A DNA stretch of 64,000 bases, from contig JBJCIZ010000358.1 of assembly GCA_051294375.1 (NCBI GenBank), positions 1 through 64,000 of the forward strand. The letters run 5' to 3'. Both the position numbers and the translations under genes were made by a program. This DNA is from Paraspadella gotoi (lineage: Eukaryota > Animalia > Chaetognatha). Shown one piece after another: positions 12,480-26,099 of the stretch (position 1 is the stretch's first letter; every line of letters begins with the position of its first letter). The notes beneath the pieces were generated by a model. That model saw only the letters and a list, made by a program, of their open reading frames with translations, was not told the DNA's origin and did not search any database.

Positions 12480-15400
12480 CCCCAAGGGCTTCCCTCACGC
12501 TTAAATTAACGGAGGAGGCAGGTCTTGAAAAACGTAGACGTCACACCGAAATAAAAATTAAAAGTTGGAATATCACGAAAAAAGTTTTGAAAGCAAATTT
12601 TGGAGAAAAGTAAATTCTTCACAAAAGGAGCACATCGTCGGGGTTCAAACAAAGGCGACCAAAATCAATCCGAATCAAACGAAAACGAGAGTAAAGGTTA
12701 TCAATAGGCTAAGTTGATTACACGTCGCAGCTAAGTCAAGGGGGTCACGCATCCACAGGAGTTGATCTTAGCACTCTTCCATCTACTTGTACCACAATGA
12801 AGTAAGACAGGCTCTGACGGCAGAATACAAACGAAGGACCGTTTGGATTGAAAAAGGATGTAAGGACTTGCCTAGACTATTAGGGGGATATTTGGGGGTG
12901 CGCCACAAAAATGCCGCAAGAGGCGGACTTACGGCCCATGTGCGGAGTTCCGTCCACGTTGAGGATAGACAGGCATAGCACGTTTTCTACCTCCGACTTC
13001 AAAAGACGGCAGATGATATGAGCCCAAACAGTAGAACTCAAGCTCTTCCGGTGGTCGATGGCAAGTGGAGAAAGCACAATAGCCAAGCGTCGCAGGTTAC
13101 GCCAGGCATAGGCATAGCCGAAACGGAGCTACCAAAGGTAATGGACTGTTCGTGAATGGATCAACAGGGACCAGATGATCGAAGCGCTCAACTTTTTAAG
13201 AATCAGCTAAAAGCACTCCAGATTTGTCGCTAGAGCATCTGCAAGATGAAAAATATGAAAAGAAACCGTTGTCTCCACAGACTGTTTCAAAACCCTAAAG
13301 AGAATGGGCCGATTAAACTTGAACAGAACTGCTGATGGAATTTTATGGTGGTACCTCCTCGGAAGATGCCTCAGAATCACCTGACAGACTTAAGGGTGAC
13401 GAAGCATCCGCACCAAAACAAGGTGATGGACGAGGGGGATATTCCCGGGGATTTTCTGACCACAAAGTGAAACTGGACGATGCACCAGTGATGAGCGGGG
13501 CATCGCCCAGAGGAATCAAACTCAAGAAATAAAATCGGATTCAATGACTCAAGTAAAATCAGCAAGGAAGAGAATGGAACTCTCTCATTAGGCTGAAGAC
13601 GAAATTGGCACCAGCCAATACCAGATGGGCTTCCTTTCCGCGCGGGAATTTTACCCTAACCTCCGATCCGATAGGGAACGTATAATAAGGGCACTAAGTT
13701 TTGTATGATCCTCTGCCTGGAATTTTGACACCGGTCTTTGTATTGGTCTATATTCTGAAATAAAATTCCACTTTGGTTTCCACTATTTGAAGATCCCTGG
13801 TCTTCTACTTAAATTGTGGTGACAGGAGTGGATTTCGAAACTCACCACGTCTCCACCAAGAAGAGCCAAGCCTTGACACCACCGAACCACGCCGCTTTTT
13901 AAAGAAGATGGGACAGAACCCATCCCCTCCAACCGTCCCCCCAGCCAAAAGCGGGATGGAGAAAAGGGAACCGTTGACGCCAACCACAAAAGCGCCACGA
14001 GTTGCCAAGCGGTTAGCAGTAACGCAAGCGGATCCTTGAGTTCCAACCTTCGAACTCAGTGGATACCTGCAACCAACACTGGCCAAACAGGCGAGAAGAA
14101 CCACGCCGAATCACGCTCGAAGTACTGAAGGTTATCAAACGACGTCAACCTGCAGAACAGGACAGGAGAGTAGCCGTCCTTAGAGGCCGCTTCAAGGACT
14201 GCGAGGCCAACTCGGGTCAAAAATCGACGACCTTCCGCGGGATGATGCAACAAATGTAAGACCCACGTCAGCGGGATGAAAACAACCAAGCCAGCGTCGA
14301 TGCAAAGAGGACTCATTGAGCCTCTCCCAAAAGCTCCCCCTCCGCCCTCCAGCTGTATATTTTCCTGACCTCCGTGGAACCTGGTCGTCGGATCAGTCGC
14401 AAAGGGACACCTCCTAGACAACCGCGGACAAAATCAGGCCAAATACACGGGACGAGACGCCCTCGGAAAGCGGGAGAAGTGACCCGCCCTCCTATACCTC
14501 TGCCGAGCAGCCGATTAGCTCGAAAAGAGGAGAATCTCGATTAGGTCGCAGGCAGATTTCTTATGCAGCTTTCTACGAAGCTTTCAAGGGATTCGCCATC
14601 CCGGACAAGGTGGATCAGCAGCTGCGCGCCTTACTTAGCCAGGGACAAAAATCGCGAGCCGTTTCATCGAGCCCATCAAACCAATCATGTGGCTGGGACT
14701 CGAGCTTCTGCGAAGGCTCCTCGTAAGCATAAGCCGAGGCCCTCGCAGAGGCGAAGATCGAAGTGGATCCGCATGTAACACGCCAAGTACGGGCTGGGCA
14801 TTAGTTTAAGGGTGCCAATGAAAAACTTAGGCCGTCAGGGAGAAAGACAAAGCTCGATCCCTGACTATGTCGCCCAATATGTTGGTTGAAGCGCTCGAAC
14901 CTTACGTCCCCGCGGATTAACCTCCGGAGACTTTGGAATGGACAACGGCTCTTTGGAAAAAGGCGAAACACGCATCCTGGAAAAGCCATAGAATTACAAA
15001 GCTTAAGGGGCTACCTTAGAAGAGCGACTGACAGCAATATCAGGAAAGTGGTTCAAAACCGTGTTCAGACGAAGACAGAAGCTCGTCAACGCCTTGTTCA
15101 AAAAGGCCAAAACGGACAAAAGGGGGGACCCACATTGCCAGGCGCAACATCAATTTTACCAGGGATCCATGTTGCAGGAGATGAACACAATGAGGTGAAA
15201 TGATGAAGGATCTGAAGAGGGAGCTGGGAAAAACCGACGCCAGCCAAATCCCGTGAGGACCGCTACGAGCGCCGGGAGCACGCAGCCCGAATAGGACCCA
15301 AGACAGGAAACCCTACAAAAACCTGGATTGGAAAAATCTTATTGGCGGACGAAAAAAAGGGTAGAAAAAGGTCCAAAACTTTGGCAAGAGGGAGAGGATA

Positions 15401-18400
15401 TTGTAGACCTAACTCGTTTTGAAAATTGAAAATGATTGCTGCTTCTGATTTCGATGAAAATAAAGGACGATTCTCTATTACAACCCGGTGTGGTGATTAA
15501 AAAGTAGGAAATAAAGAACAAAGAAGGTTGACCAACAGTAAGAAATTTCTACAAAGCCTAGGGGAAAAGTCATGGCATCGACCACACGACCCGTCGAAGG
15601 GACCCTTAGAAGAGAAAGTAAAAATCTCGCTCAAACGGCAACATGCTAAGAGAAAATCAACAGCATCACGGATGCCACAGTTATTCAAACCTCTCGATGC
15701 CAGCGAGATTGCCCTCGCCCAAACAAATATCTCCACAAATGGGGTGGAAGGACTGGAGCCTGTACAGACATGGGCAGGCCAAAGAGCCCATAATATCAAG
15801 GTCGAAAACCTGCGCCAAGCTTAATGAGAGGGCGAAGCGAAAAGGATAATGCTTCCTTCTTCTCTCCTACTCCTTCCTCCTCCTCCTTCTCCCGGCCAAG
15901 GAAAAATCAACCCAACGCAAACGCCGATAGCGACGCCAGCAACGCCCTCCCCAACGACTTACCCTCACCCACAACAAGGAGAAAAAAAAGGAACAGACTC
16001 AAATCCAACAATAACGTGGAGAAAGGCTGGGGCTAAGGAAACTCGGACCAACAGGCCAGGCAGGAAACAACCCAAACCTACCAGATTAGTCGCTTGGATG
16101 TCAAAAGTGGAGAATCTCTCCATCAAGCGGACCATTAGGAAAGTCGAACTCGAGTGCCATTTGCCGGGAAAGACTTCCCGTCCTCCAAAAGGGAAAGTGG
16201 AAAAATCAACAACAGACGAAAGAGACCATTGCCGGGGCTACCAGAAAAAAGATTGATAATTCCGATACAGGGACTGTAGGCAGAAACTAGAGAACACACG
16301 GATTATCAACCGCCTCACTGCAAAAATAGCTACATCCCAGCGGTGTATAAGCAGGAGCACCTGCCAGCTGCTTATACGATTACAGGTGCATCATTAACAC
16401 TGCTTACACGAATGTTCGTAGGAAAAAATGGGCCCTATCTAAACACCACTTATCCATGGAACACCACTCGCTTATCCACGCCACTGGCCACGACACGTTT
16501 AAGCTGAAGAGAATTAAACTCAGGGTGATGTTCCAAAAATGGGTCCTCCGCACGCATCTTTCTATGTCTCCCGACGAAAACGACAGAAGGACATAATCAT
16601 CGGAACGGCCATCACCATCCAGGCCTCCAGGACCAGCTAAATGGGTAGTACAACCCTCAATCAGAGGAGGAAACTGCAAATTGCCACCATGGACTGGCAA
16701 ACCCATTCACGGCACCTTGTTGGAGGACCAAACATGAGGCCCTCAAAGCGGGCCAGGATGGCTCGCTCGAGGAAACGTCGATTGAGCACACCATCTACCC
16801 ATAACTCAGAGAGAGCAAGATGGAAAAAACTGGCTTAACCTCAAGACCAAAGCTTACTGGAAAACCCTAACCGAACAAGATGGGATTGTCGAAGCGGAAG
16901 GACAGGAAAAGAGGGCCTACATCGCAGATTGGGCGACCAGTCCAAAAGAGGGAGTAAGAATGGACGCTGAAAAACCCGGGATTATTGGGAACAAGCCACG
17001 AACCCCTTAATAACAAACGAAAGCCAAGGTCGACCTGCATCTGAAATAATACGTCACGGCGAAGCCCGGTACAAAAGCCGGACCTATCAGGCTAAAAACC
17101 CCTAGTTAAGGAAAGTACGAAGGATCATATCCCGGCCACTACGATCGTCCATCATAAGGCCGAGCCGCAGAAGAATTAAAAGCGGTGGAGGAAGCACGCC
17201 CGAAAATAGAGGAAAGCAAAAAACCACCGACGGGAACGTGGCAAGGAAGCATTCCTGAAACCATTCAAGGACGTCGGCACCCAAAGCCTTAAGGGACAAA
17301 GCACAAACTGGTCTGGAGATTTTCTGGGAGTTTCGCAGCACGTCTTTGGAGAATCAATAAACGATTGCAAGGAGGGCTTCCTCAACTACAGGGTCGACCT
17401 CGGTTATACAACGAGGACCTCCCGAGCGAGATTCGCCAATAGGCCGGTTAAAGAAAGCGGCCCTCAAACGGTACCTGGAAGTTTACGAGAAAGCAGGGCA
17501 TTGGTATCTAGAACAAAGGAATGAAGCCTACTCGAAACGAGCCTTTCTCATAAAAAACCCGGACACGTGGCTGAGGGACAGACCAAAATGAACGACGAAA
17601 ACTTTGCGAAACCGTATGGTGGCCGCGAGGATGCGGAAGTGCAGTACCAATCGAGCGCCGGCGACGCCCGTGAGTGGCGATAATATGCGACCTCTCTTCC
17701 GTTAAATAATAACATCATCCACATATGCAACAGAACCACAAACGATAGCCCAATACTTGAACAATACAAACACGCACGAACTCGCAGTGCTCAGTTGGAT
17801 ATCCTTTGGGGGCCTTTGCTTCCAATCAGGTCAATCTAACGGACCGCTGCAGCCGGTTAACAAACCTCGCCGGAGCGGGTCATAACTGGTGGATGAATAA
17901 GCTGCCACAATGGTGGGGTCAACAGCGTCAAGCGTCTCCAAGCTATTACTGGATGAGATCTTCCAAGACTTAGGCACAGACGTTCAAAAGTTTCTCGTTC
18001 TACGTGGACGACCTCAATCTAACAGCAAGTCGAGAGGACCATGTCCCACAGACGCCGCGATTCTCGTTGCAAAGATGCAGAGACAAGAACGTGGTTCTCA
18101 CAGATGGACAAAAGAGCTTCCTCTGCGGAAAAGGAGGATATCAAGATCCTGGGCTCCAGTATCTCAAAGAGCAAGTTAATGCCACAAAAGAGAAAACCGA
18201 CGCGGTCGAGTCAAACTGAAATCCGCTGAAAACGCAGAAGGAGCTTCAGAGCGATTGCTGGCATCCATTGAATTACTACAGATGCTTCACCCACCGATCT
18301 CATAATCGCCCAACCTTCTCGCACGCCCTCACCCTGCTTGACAAAAAAAATTCAACGCTAACGGATAAACACACAAAAATTGCTGCTCAGTCCCTTTATA

Positions 18401-20306
18401 GAGGAAATAAGGTCATCGCCTGGCTTAAACTTCCTTAATGACGCAAGAATCAAGCAAGGCTCATACAAAATTATGCTGATGCCAGCACAAGACGGCGATG
18501 TGGATGGGGTTAAGTCACCGCGACTGCAGAGCTCGAATATCCACTGTCTTTTCACTCAAAAGTTCTTTCGCCTGACGAGTAACAGGATGAAGCATATCCA
18601 AGCATCCTGGAGACTCTTCGCATTCAACATGATGGTCCGTAAATTCAAGGGTTACACCTGTGGACGGAGCGTCACTCTAGTCACCGACTCACAGTATTTT
18701 TAAGAGGGTGATGGATCTCCAGCACGATAGCCAACAATTACTGCCCCACCAACGGCTCAGGTGGATTTACCGAAATACACAAGAAGGTCAACCTAAGGGA
18801 GCATCCTCGTCAAGAGCCGAGGATTTAATCCGGGCAGATTCTTGACCCCGTTCACGGACCAAGGGCAAGTTCACCGCCCCTGACACACCTTTCTTTCCGG
18901 CAGCTTCGATTATCTCGGGAAAAACGAACCTGCTTTGCCGAAAAATCCGTGTATGACCAACAAAAACCCAGAACATTTGGATCTCATCACGGACACGCCC
19001 CAACTCTGGCGCTATTAGCGCAAACGCTGACAGAAGACAACCAAGGCCTTCAGGAGCGAAATTCTTTGTAGTTCGTGCGACAACGATTTGTCCACACAGA
19101 AAGGCTAATATTCGAGAATATATGGGGAAAACCAAAACCAAAGATCCTGAACACATGGCATCAGGACCATACTCAGCCAAGAACTGATCGCTCGGGCATC
19201 CCGAACTGGAAATGCTCAACGAGATGACTGGATCACCTTGGTCATGATGGATGAGGACTCAACCAAAGAAACAGGTTGCAAAGTTCGAAAGAATTTACGG
19301 ATCTCCTACAGACAATCGGGTATTAAAAATCTTTAGAACAATCACGGGTGCAAGTCAGCGCTTATCAGAGATGAACGACAAGAAAGATCATTGGCGACCA
19401 ATGCATCACTGAAACCATCGCAAACCATCCAAAAGTCGACAAACTAAGCAGCCAGAACGCAGAGGACGGCCAAAGGCACAAAAAGATGATACTCGACACG
19501 TGACACCCTCCCACAGGGACTTCATAAACCTGCAGGTGGGCTCAGCCAATGAAGAGCCGCCGCCGGACATCAACCCGGCGGAACAGTCCCAGACAGTGAG
19601 GCACAGACACCAAATTGGCCTGGGCCCATCAGAGCTGATGGTCGATAGCGCCCTCGAAGCGGACGGCGATTGCCACAGAAAGGAAAATTGCAAATAAATC
19701 AGAGGGAAGCCCGAGGAAAAACAAACCGGACCTCATCCCGATCGCTCTGAGATAAAAGCAGAGTGGCATAGATGAGGAAGATCATTCAGAATTAGTCGTC
19801 AAAGCTCACAGAGAGCACCGCGAAAAAGCGACGGCAAAAAACTGAATATGAAAAGATTGCCAAAAAGAAAAAAACTTTAACCGGAGAATACTGTCTAAAC
19901 GCCTCGATGATTTTGACATCACCGATAAACGGACATGTCTAATCATAAAGGCTTCAAAGCGCGACATCCCCACGAAGCGAAACACGTCTACAAACAAAGG
20001 CAGAAGAAGTTAAAACAAAACGGATTCCATGAACGCGTTGGACACCCGGCCGAGACCGCAACAAGCATTTCATCACGCCCAGTATATCTCTGCCCCGGGA
20101 CTCACTGCATCCGCTGCTAAATGCCTTAAAATTGCGATAATGCGCAAAAAAGCGACAGATGCTCAGACGTCACAACGGAAACACCATCAAGCCCAAACCT
20201 CGCCATCCCCCTGGGAATCGCTTAGCATCGGAGTAATGCATCTTCCCCCAGTCGCTGTCACATTACCATCATGGAGCCTCGGATAAGCAATCGCATACAC
20301 TGGGCT
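12480..20306 (+). mobile_element. Ty3/Gypsy LTR retrotransposon (LTR-like 5' region, gag, PR-RT-RNaseH-IN), heavily frameshifted and truncated within integrase
   Basis: RT catalytic YVDD at 18001-18012; KILG at about 18140; NYYRCF at about 18270; RNase H KFKGYTCGRSVTLVTDSQ at about 18640-18700; integrase GHP...CxxC at about 20040-20125 followed by PSPWESLSI. Integrase after RNase H gives Gypsy domain order. Confidence 0.85.
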
Positions 20307-20470
20307 ATCTTCCTCTCTTTTCTCGGTTTTAGAAGATTAGCCCAGGTGTATGCGGATGCATTATCCAGGCACCAGAATGTAATTTGCCACGGACTGGGGA
20401 AGATGGCATTAACACCGATGCTAAGCATTCCCTGGCCAAGCCGAGGTTGGCCTTGATGTGTTCGTTGACC
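20165..20470. other. Probable untrimmed PacBio SMRTbell adapter with read turn-around (sequencing artefact)
   Basis: About 140-nt noisy inverted arms (cgcatacactgggcta / tagcccaggtgtatgcg) centred on atcttcctctcttttctcggttttagaagat (20307-20337), which resembles ATCTCTCTC-ttttcctcc...gttgtt-GAGAGAGAT. Confidence 0.7.
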
Positions 20471-20549
20471 GTTGAGGGTGGCCGCTGGGGGGTAGGGGAC
20501 CCGAGTGAGTTGATAGTATTTGAAGTCCGTTTACATAATGTACTTTCAA

Positions 20550-20920
20550 AGTCACGTTTATTCTGCGGTCAAGAGCCTGTTCTTACTCTTGTGTGTAAAG
20601 GATGGAGATGCTAGATCAACTTCCTGGTGATCTGACCCCCTGACTTAGCCACGTTGAATCACTTAGTCCTATGATAACCACTCTCGTCTTCGTTTGATTC
20701 ATGGATTGAGGTTTCGACCTTTGTTTGAACCCGACTGAGGTGCTATGCTGAAGAACTTTAACTTTTCTCCAAAATGCTTCAAAAACTTTTCTGGATATTC
20801 CAACTTTAAGTTTCTTCGTTGCCGTTTCTGTTGGTTCCCTGTGTACTTACATTGTGAGTCTACGCTTTTTTCAACCCTGCCTCCTCCGTTAATTTTACGT
20901 TTAAGGGAACCCTCCCCCTC
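20550..20920 (-). mobile_element. Inverted copy of the Gypsy LTR-like region (12480-12840)
   Basis: Reverse complement aligns to 12480-12840 (gaatcaaacgaa..cgagag, ctaagtcagggggtca, aattaacggaggaggcag) and contains AATAAA. Confidence 0.75.
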
Positions 20921-21299
20921 AACTGGCCAATAAAACCCCCCCCCCTCCCTTCAATCCTCTTTTTTATCTATTCTTGGAAAAGCCTGATCTTATTTACAAA
21001 TGCGTTCCCAAATGGACCGTCTGCTCCCACTATTTTGATAGAACCCAAATTCTAATCCAATCATGATTGAAAAGAGTGGATCAATCTGTTTAGAATTGCT
21101 GGTGTCTTGCAATAACCACTCCAACAACCGGAAAAACCATCTCAGTTTTAATAACCTTCTGCGTCTTAAAGGATCGGCCAGCCAGACATAATATACAAGC
21201 AAAAGTATAAAGGAAATATCCTGAGCCTAAAAATTAAGTTATGGCTGTTTGATTGATCCTCAGGTACAGTACACTTTGCAAAGAAGAAAAGATCATAAA

Positions 21300-23080
21300 A
21301 TGGGATGGTGAAGAATTATTCCCTATGCTCTAGCTTGTCCCGTGTCTGTCCATTACCTTGTTGAATAAACATGATGAAAATTTCAAATGAAGAACGAAAA
21401 AGCCGATATTTTTCTTACTTTCGGCTGCTTTGGAAAAGCCTTTACCGCAACGCGATTGATCTTGTTGGACTGAAGCGCGAACGAAGGCATGGCGAAACAA
21501 GTTGCCGCAATTTCCACATGACTCAAGTAGAAAGATTGATTTTGACAAAAAATGGCAAAAAGGATTCAAAATCGGTGGCTTTCATGGCGCTGCGATGGAG
21601 CGATGATTCGTATACGGATGCTTAGAGAATGCCGTTAGTGAGTTAACTGTTCAGTTTTGAAAATTTTACTCCGAATTTCAAGGCATGAACGTGATTGGTA
21701 TAGTTACTGTAATGACCAGCGTTATGATAGTCCTTACCGTTCTCATGATAGGCGCAGTTTCGGCGATAGAGGTAATTACCGAGACGATTCCAAGAAGAGA
21801 TGATCGCTACCGAATCATCCAGCACGGATGATGAGGAGAGTGATTTTAGTGGGGCAGTTAGAGGTCCTTCCTGCTAATCGCGAACAAGCGTATGATCGCA
21901 TAAAGGCTGCAATAGCTCGTCTTTCATCGGCGGAGATCTGACAATCCCCAAAACTAAATGGTCTTTGCCAGGGTGCATGCGAGGTCACAAGGGTAGCATT
22001 CCCCGAATTTAAAATTTAAAACCTAAGTCGAAAGGCGAGTTTTCATACGATAGTGGGTAATAAGAAGTTAGTGTTTTATAGTTGAAACTAAATTTTTTTG
22101 GCGATGCACTCCGTTCATTAAAATAAATTTAAGCCCCTCTCATTCATTGGTACAAGCAATTTAATGGAACTCAGGTGTAACTATAGGTATTTTAAATATT
22201 AAATTCGCATTATCAATTGTAAGGGTAGTCAACCTTTACTGGATTTCTCGTTTTCTTTGTAAATAATAAACCGTTTTTAACCCCAGTGAAAGGATAACTA
22301 AAGTTTTTAGGAGTTTCCTTTCTACATCCTTGATTGAATATTCCCATAAATTATTTGGTTACTTCTATTGTATCCCTTGAAGAATGATAGTGTCCCTTCC
22401 AAGTTCGAAGATCATTTGATGTTGAGCTATGCTGATGGAGATCAACTCGAAAAGCTCAACCTCTAATACAGTTATGAACAGATCCATTTCTCAGCGAAAT
22501 TATGAAACTCAAGTGAACAATAGGTCACAAGTCCAAGCTGTTATGTCTAGGCTACACTGAAACATTCACAATGAGTCATTGCGTTTTTGTCATTGGAGAT
22601 GGACAAGTTTCTGTTCACTTGTGAATACGATGCAGTATGAGACGGACCGTTCCGGCAGTTGGTCGTTCGATGTCGGGGATTATTGATTCTCAAAAGACCC
22701 CTGTAACCCTCTACATCTGAACGCTTTTCATAGTCCTGAAACCTGGATACAATCACAGGGGTCTGGAGCGTCCTCATTCCCAGTTGTGATAGCAGGTCCT
22801 CAGCATGTGCGGCGAGTTGGCTGTCGGACCCCTTTTTGGTGCGTCCAGCTCCATTGAAGTGGAATCTGAATCGGGATCTGAAGAGAATTATAAAATTCCT
22901 CTTCAGAAAAGATGTCCGTAATTCTCCAGTGATGTTACAGAGAGGTTACAGACCAGCTATGTATATTATTAGCTAAAAGCTAGTTGCCTTGATATAATAT
23001 GCCTGTTGTCTAGTTCTTACAGTAAATAACATTTTACACTGATACATCTTTTATTATTTATACTCTTTATCCATAATACA
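21300..23080 (+). mobile_element. Highly degenerate LTR-retrotransposon gag/protease remnant (tentative)
   Basis: Broken frames give an R/D-rich stretch (DQRYDSPYRSHDRR), a GLC..GCMRGH knuckle-like motif at about 21960-21990 needing a frameshift, and IINCKGSQPLL at about 22210-22240. No intact ORF. Confidence 0.35.
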
Positions 23081-26000
23081 AAATACCCCCCAGTGAAAAT
23101 GGATTGATTTCTAGATTTTATGGCACATTTTTATTTTTTTTACTTTCTTTAACACATAAATCTTTTCTGAGTCATACATTGTTCAGTTTTTTCTTAGAGC
23201 AGTCAATAGTTATATATTGAGTGAAGATTGGAACGTTTACTTGAATGAATAAATTGTACTTGCTAGCACTATCATTTGTTAAGACTCTTCTGTATAGTCG
23301 ACGTGCAAGCTAAGTTGAAATCATAATCCTTCTTTTATTAGCTCATTTGGGTGTAAACCATTCTCAATGTTCATCTTAGAATTTATTATTCAATATTATT
23401 TGAGGAAGCAAAAAAAAAAAAAAAAAAAAACAAAATAGTTAAACAGATGTGCATCTTTTAAATTTGATGTAATCTGCTGTTATATAAGCATTTCGTTTGA
23501 TGATCAATTAAATGGCTATTCCCCATCTGCCTCCTCTGCTGTGAAGCACGGATCAGTCATAGGAACTCGATACGAGAAATGGAGTTCGCATCATCGTTGT
23601 CGACTCGATCTGCATGGTGTCGTCGTTCAAAAGAGAAATGAAATCGATAAAGACGCTATGAAAATATGAGTACGAGCCTAAGCGACGCAAATTTCGTTTG
23701 GAAACAATTCATTGGGAAGTGTCCAGAAGGACGTTGATCCATCGCTAAATTTCTCAGAGTTCCGTTTGCGGTTGCAAAAAGATCAAATACATCACATCGT
23801 ATGGTTTGTTATTTAACCACTCTAGAGCCCCTCCCGTTTGTTGATTTGGTTTCCTTGATGTCCTTTTTCGGGCGTGTTTTTTTTTTTTAGCGTCTGGGAT
23901 CCCCTTCCTCAAATACTCCATCATTTCGTCAAACCAAAACTACATTTCTCGATAAAATATTTCCATCGTAATCATCTGCGGATTCGATGAGAACAAATCC
24001 TTGTTAAGCCTCCTCAAATCTTGCCTATAGCAGCGCGGATGCACTCGTCAGTTTGCAGACGGCGCTATGCTTTTGGAACCATCGGTTTGCGCTTGCACTG
24101 TCACAAGCCATTTCTAATCAAACCAAAACTATTTTCCTTTCTCTAAAACTCTATTGTTCACGCTATGACCACCGCCATTCGCGATCAGAGAGAGCAAATG
24201 ATTGGCGACTAAAGAAAAATTGTGACGCCAGAACTAACGTCAATACAACTTATTTCAGAACGCCCCAGCCCCCCCCCAAACTACCCTCCTCCTGCTCTCT
24301 CTGCCCCAATCTCCACCTGTCCCAGTCCCACCTCTTTCCTCATGTCGATATCCACCCCCCCCCTATTCTCGTGAAACTTCCTTGAGCAGCTCCAGCTCCT
24401 TGCTCTACTTCAAACGACAAAGATCACTTTAAAAAAAACATTTGCGTGCAATTGTGTCAATTTTGAAACAGAAAAAATGGTAAGCGTAATCACGCTACGG
24501 CAAGATTTTCATATCAAATTCTCACACGCCAAACAATCGCAACGATTTTGTTTGTTTTCATTTTCTTCGATGTGGCTTTCGACGTGGTCCCTTCATGCGT
24601 GTGCCAAGCTTTCAGTTTTTCTGGTTTCCCACCTTATCTTTGGGACTTTTGCGTCAACCAACTTGGACGCGATGCGCAACTTTATCGCGGTAGACTATCC
24701 TTCCCTTCACCTCGTCTCTTTGATTAAAGCTTGTGTGAAAGTAGGTATGCACACTAGCAATCTTTGAGCCCACAATGTAAATCCCCCTTTAATGTCCACC
24801 TCCACAGTCTCGTCCAGACTGCGGAGAGGCACCATCATAAGTGAGAGGATAACACTTTTCGCATTCTCAGCGCTTTCTCATTCCCTCTAAAGAAATTGAC
24901 GCAAAGAAACTAATTTCTCACATTTCGTGCTCAACGGCGCATCTTCCATATTCTCCAGTCTTTCATCACGAGTATCATGACCCAAATATATTCACAAAAT
25001 TAAGCATAAACTCTGCTATTCACGTGTTCAAAGTAAATGATCCAAAGTTCTTCGATTGTCAACTTCACTAGTCTCCTTACAATGTTTCCGACGCCGCGGA
25101 CACATGGCATATCTTGCAGCCTTGTTCCGACGGTCGATTCAATTGGCGGAAATTTGTTACCAAGGAAAATTCGCCATCGTCCCTCCACTTCAGCGGGAAA
25201 GTCGTTCCTTCGGCTGCAAACGCTCCGTCAATCGGCGATATTTGTATCGCTCGTGCAGGGGAGATTTGTGCGACAGGTGGTTTTTAATCGTTCCACGCTA
25301 TTGAAGAAGAAAAAGAGATGCGAAGACTCCTCTGAAAGGTCCCTAATTCTAAAAACGACACTTAGCGGGACCTCAGATTTATAAAGGGGAAGTATCTGTT
25401 GGACATTAAACTCTCGTCGTGGTCCGTCGACTTATTTACCTTTCTGTAAAAGTCTTAAAAATCATAAACAATCGATATTTAATTTATAAACAATTACAGT
25501 TCATTGTGTATTTCGAAGCTTTGATTATCAGATGATCTATTTCATACAATCGCATTAATGTTAGTGGCCATCGTCGGGGTTTTTATATATATATGGGTAT
25601 TGGTATGCGTTTCATGTATTGAATAGTGGCCTAGGCGAGCTTACCCTGAGAGAATTCATTTGCTGTTTCTTATCTTAACCAGCTTTCACCTTTGCTTACC
25701 CAGTTACTTGATTTCTAACGGACTCATTAATCCACGATATAGATACTCTCAAAGAAGGGAGCGATCCCAACGGAAAAACCCCGCTCATCACACATTCAAT
25801 GATGTTTAAAGAAAAACTAACTTCATATCAAAAATCTTTTCGGACATACGAGTGCGCCTATGAAAAATATGAGGGAACCGAAAANNNNNNNNNNNNNNNN
25901 NNNNNNNNNACGACCTTAAAAAGAGAGGCAAGGCGTGACATCTTTATCACTCCCCTGGTCAATAAATCATAAAAGGTATTGACTAAATTAAAGATGTATA

Positions 26001-26099
26001 GCGCTGAAAGCATGAATATAAATTAAAATTAATTTTGTGGCGATCAAAATGAGAGGTAATAATATTTCATATTTCGGCTAATCATGAGTAAAAATAAAG

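Noticed and set aside
12480-20920. DIRS-type element with inverted terminal repeats
   Set aside because: An integrase-type N-terminus, not a tyrosine recombinase, follows RNase H, and the inversion adjoins an adapter-like artefact.
21685-21831. Signal-peptide-like ORF (MNVIGIVTVMTSVMIVLTVLMIGAVSA) as a retroviral env
   Set aside because: It stops after 48 codons and is best explained as the shifted frame of an R/D-rich gag-like stretch. It also lies beyond the chimeric junction.
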